Assembly (NCBI GenBank): GCA_963708295.1
Contig: CAVPSJ010000004.1
Span: forward strand, 288,001 to 352,000
From: an uncultured delta proteobacterium
GTDB lineage: Bacteria > Desulfobacterota > BSN033 > UBA1163
Direction of reading: 5' to 3'
DNA: 64,000 nucleotides
Part shown: piece after piece, positions 60,828 through 64,000 of the stretch
How the letters are laid out: each line of letters begins with the position of its first letter
How positions within the stretch are numbered: the stretch's first letter is position 1
Notes under the pieces: generated by a model
The model's database searches: none
What the model saw: the letters and a program-made list of their open reading frames with translations, nothing else
What the model was told of the DNA's origin: nothing
Translations under genes and position numbers: made by a program

Positions 60828-61250
60828 CTAGAATTTGTTAAATGCTCCAAACAATACCTTCGTGAAACTCCCGATTTCCTCTTTTGAGTATCCTTCTTTG
60901 ATTTGCTCGTTCAACTTTTTAACGATGGGCAACGCCTTCTTAGCCACCTTATTTCCTTTTTCAGTGAGATGGACTAAGTAAACACGCCTGTCATTCGGAT
61001 GATCGGAGCGTTTGACATAGCCCGATTTCTCCAATCGGTCGATCAAACCTGTGACTGTCGGATTTTCTAACATCAATCCCTGACTGATCTGCGTGAGACT
61101 TAAACCGTCATTTTGCTGAAGAAGGAAGAGGAGCATGACCTGGATCGGGGTCACCTCGACCCCGCTCTCCGAAAACGATTTTTGGAGCTTTGTGATAAGT
61201 TTCTGATATACCTTTGATATTAGAAAGATAAGACGGTCTTCAGCTGGCAT
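60828..61250 (-). CDS. MarR-family transcriptional regulator
   Basis: TVTGLIDRLEKSGYVKR...DRR..LVHLTEKG. Confidence 0.93.
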   Translation of the reverse strand: MPAEDRLIFLISKVYQKLITKLQKSFSESGVEVTPIQVMLLFLLQQNDGLSLTQISQGLMLENPTVTGLIDRLEKSGYVKRSDHPNDRRVYLVHLTEKGNKVAKKALPIVKKLNEQIKEGYSKEEIGSFTKVLFGAFNKF

Positions 61251-61283
61251 CCATGAGCCTTTTTATAGAGTTTTATATGCTGA

Positions 61284-61311
61284 AGTTTAGCATACTAAGT
61301 AAATGTGTCAA
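61284..61311 (-). promoter_or_regulatory. marR promoter with overlapping palindromic operator
   Basis: TTGACA-N16-TAAACT on the minus strand; TTAG-CATA-CTAA palindrome. Confidence 0.55.
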
Positions 61312-61506
61312 GAAAAAAGTGCCAGGCAGATTAGATATTCGCCCAGTGAGCATAAAAAGGCGCATTTTTTGGAGGGATAAGAGAAGTCTTGAGGACTGCG
61401 GCTGTGAGTTTCTAAGAGAAGGCTCCGACTCCCACACCCACCCCAAGATTTAGCTTCATCCCTTGACTTTCAAAGGTATTTTATTTACCCTTAATACCTA
61501 AGAAAG

Positions 61507-61917
61507 ATGATTGAGGAACCGGATTCTGAACCCTTGAACCCACCCTTTCCTACCAACGAAGCGGGGAGTAAGGTGAAAGCAGGAAACATATCGTCTGGAG
61601 ATCCTCAGGGAAAAACGCCACCGGATGTCCTGCAGAAGTTTGTCGGCATTTTCGAGGAAAAAGGATGGCTTAACCAGACGCTGCGAATCAAACACCGCGA
61701 CAGAAGATATCGGATCTGCTGCACCGAGCGGGAGTTCCTGGCCTACCGGATTAACGATCACTGCAGCGTCTTACCGGGTTTTCCCGGTTGGTCCGTGTGT
61801 ATTGTCACCCCTGATCAAATTGTCGAGGATTCGCACATGTCCGCCTTCCCGTCTTCTGAGCCCAGCGTAAATGAATGGTTGCGTTGTATCGCCGAAGAGG
61901 ATTTCGAACTTATCTGA
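61507..61917 (+). CDS. Hypothetical protein
   Basis: 136-aa ORF immediately upstream of the kinase. Confidence 0.55.
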   Translation: MIEEPDSEPLNPPFPTNEAGSKVKAGNISSGDPQGKTPPDVLQKFVGIFEEKGWLNQTLRIKHRDRRYRICCTEREFLAYRINDHCSVLPGFPGWSVCIVTPDQIVEDSHMSAFPSSEPSVNEWLRCIAEEDFELI

Positions 61918-61924
61918 GGAGTCG

Positions 61925-62851
61925 ATGGAGATCATTGTTTCGGGGTCACTGGCATACGATCGGATTATGGATTTTCCGGGACACTTCTCGGACCATATCC
62001 TCCCTGAAAAGATCCATGCCTTGAACGTCTGTTTTCAGGTGGACGGCATGAAGGAAAAATTCGGCGGGACGGCGGGAAATATTGCCTACGCACTCACCCT
62101 CATGGGGGAAAAGCCTGCCATCTCCGCTACGATCGGCCGCGATTATCATCAATATTTTAAATGGCTGGAGCAAAATGGGATCTCCCATGAAGGCATCAAA
62201 ATCGTCAAAGACGAATTCACTGCAAGCGCCTACATCACCACCGACAAAGCAGACAACCAGATCACGGGGTTTAACCCGGGCGCTATGAAATACTCCTCCT
62301 CCCTGGATTTCGAGAGACTCAATCCAAGGGAAACCCTGATGATCATCTCTCCCGGAAACCTTGAAGACATGGTAAAATACCCGCGCCTTTGCAAGGCCCG
62401 TGGGATCAACTATATCTTTGACCCGGGCCAATCCCTGCCTATGCTGGCTGCGCAGGATTTGATCCAAGCCATCGAAGGGTGCCTGATTCTAATCTCGAAC
62501 GATTATGAACTGGATCTGATCACGAGCAAGACGGGTCTCAGCAAAGAGACCTTGCGCCGGCGGGCCACAACAATCATTGTCACCCTGGGGGAGCTGGGTT
62601 CGAGGGTGCTCGCGCCGGAGGGTGAAATATGCGTTTCTGCCGTTAAGCCGTTGAAGGTAGAAGATCCAACAGGCGCCGGAGACTCCTACAGGGGCGGGCT
62701 GATCAGCGGTCTGCTCCGGGGAAAAGACATTGAACAGTGCGCCAGGATGGGGAGTGTATGCGCTTCCTTTGCGGTGGAGTGTTACGGCACTCAGGAGTAC
62801 AGGTTTAGCCCCGAGGAATTCAATGAGAGGCTCAAGAGGTGCTCCGGGTAG
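61925..62851 (+). CDS. PfkB-family carbohydrate/nucleoside kinase (adenosine-kinase-like)
   Basis: SGSLAYD, FGGTAGNIA, DPTGAGDSYRGG. Confidence 0.9.
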   Translation: MEIIVSGSLAYDRIMDFPGHFSDHILPEKIHALNVCFQVDGMKEKFGGTAGNIAYALTLMGEKPAISATIGRDYHQYFKWLEQNGISHEGIKIVKDEFTASAYITTDKADNQITGFNPGAMKYSSSLDFERLNPRETLMIISPGNLEDMVKYPRLCKARGINYIFDPGQSLPMLAAQDLIQAIEGCLILISNDYELDLITSKTGLSKETLRRRATTIIVTLGELGSRVLAPEGEICVSAVKPLKVEDPTGAGDSYRGGLISGLLRGKDIEQCARMGSVCASFAVECYGTQEYRFSPEEFNERLKRCSG

Positions 62852-62982
62852 TCTCGGCTGAAAGCTTTTCCGTCTGTCCCAGCCCTCCTGTCATCCTTCG
62901 AACAAATTCCCTGTATGCTTTGAACCTCAGTCGGTAATGAGGCATCCCATCATCGTCCCTTCCACGTTACAACAGAACAACT

Positions 62983-63495
62983 TCATCCCTTTAAGGTAAA
63001 TCTCCACTTGCAAAACATGTCCTTGGGATGAGGGTCTGGGGGAGCAAAAAGACACTCTGTTTGGATTCGCGGGTCAATCTCCCGGGCATAACTCTCAAAC
63101 TCGCCCTTGTGCATCTCTTTGCACACAAACTCTCCCAACCCCCTTTTAAGGCGTGCCTCCTGGGTAGGGCAGCTGGGAACGGTGATAATCACCTCGTTCT
63201 CCTTTTCCTCGAACTGATAGCCCACCAGGATGGTCCAGGGAAAGTATTTCAAGGCTTTTACAAAACCCTTAAGGCCTTTCTCTTTGACTCCGAAACGCTG
63301 GATCAGATCTTTTGCAGCCATCCCTCCCACACGGCCCCATACCTGCTCATTGAGCCTTTCGGCAGTGGGTTGATCGAACATTTTAGCCACGGACAGAAAC
63401 CAGAAGGCGTCCATGAGTCGGTAATGCCAGAGTAAAAATTGAACATAATTCTTAAGCTCAGCGGCATCCATCTTCTCAAAAATGTTGAGATCCAT
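62983..63495 (-). CDS. DUF6125-like protein
   Basis: [23 protein letters not shown]...CKWRF. Confidence 0.7.
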   Translation of the reverse strand: MDLNIFEKMDAAELKNYVQFLLWHYRLMDAFWFLSVAKMFDQPTAERLNEQVWGRVGGMAAKDLIQRFGVKEKGLKGFVKALKYFPWTILVGYQFEEKENEVIITVPSCPTQEARLKRGLGEFVCKEMHKGEFESYAREIDPRIQTECLFAPPDPHPKDMFCKWRFTLKG

Positions 63496-63558
63496 ATCTT
63501 CTCCTATTTTAAAATTTCGAATGAAACGAATGACAGCGAATGGGGCGAATAAAACTCC

Positions 63559-64000
63559 TTATCTCCCCATCTCCTTATCTCCCCATCTTTTGTTAGAATG
63601 AGCGAGTCTCTCAATTCGTTCGACCAAAGGAGGATGAGAGTAGTAGAACCATGCGTAGAGAGGATGAGGGGTCAGATTGGCCAGGTTGTCCGAAGCCAGC
63701 CGCTTCAGTGCGGTGGTCATGGGCTCCGCCGTCCCGATGAGCTGCAATGCAAAATCATCCGCCTCGCGTTCGAATTTTCTTGAGATGGCCGATTCCAGTG
63801 GCCCGGCAAAAAAACCAAGCAGGCTGATGAATGTTCCGATGAGAAACAGTCCGACATAGGCATGCAATTCTTGAAAGCCAAACGTCCGATAGATTAACGG
63901 CCAGTTCAACAATCTGGCCACGGCATAAAACGAGACCAAAGAGAGTATCTCCAAAGGAACGAGCATCCGGAGGATATGTTTCTTCTTCCAGTGCCCTGCC
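63559..64000 (-). CDS. M48 (Ste24/HtpX-like) metallopeptidase, C-terminal part
   Basis: SRKFEREADDFA, DNLANLTPHP, YSHPPLVERI. Confidence 0.88.
   Translation of the reverse strand, partial: AGHWKKKHILRMLVPLEILSLVSFYAVARLLNWPLIYRTFGFQELHAYVGLFLIGTFISLLGFFAGPLESAISRKFEREADDFALQLIGTAEPMTTALKRLASDNLANLTPHPLYAWFYYSHPPLVERIERLAHSNKRWGDKEMGR

Overview
A 64 kb chromosomal window, probably from a Desulfobacterota (deltaproteobacterial) anaerobe; this taxonomy is inferred from gene content. The core blocks are mreBCD-mrdA-rodA, ssb, lon-era-rodZ, ccsA-hemA-hemC-hemD and tRNA-Leu-tig-clpP-clpX-tRNA-Val. Accessory regions include a CoA-ligase/crotonase/TRAP/enolase/PhlG-like catabolic cluster carrying several 1-nt frameshifts, an integrase-free AbiEi/AbiEii islet at tRNA-Leu(CAA), a GIY-YIG gene bracketed by anticodon-less tRNA-Ala copies, and a GGDEF/lipoprotein/PilZ module with sigma54 promoters. 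There is also an IS110-family element whose 3' non-coding hairpin matches its own reconstructed target, plus many short palindromic repeats. The strongest unannotated signal is a Tyr/Phe-rich leader peptide (MQRMANFYYRYYFFVRGLP*) with an antiterminator and two tandem terminators. It lies directly upstream of an acetylene-hydratase-family molybdopterin enzyme and a DmsB-like subunit split by a GltD-like flavoprotein, which suggests an undescribed redox enzyme induced by aromatic amino acid starvation. Family assignments come from motif recognition only; no searches were run.
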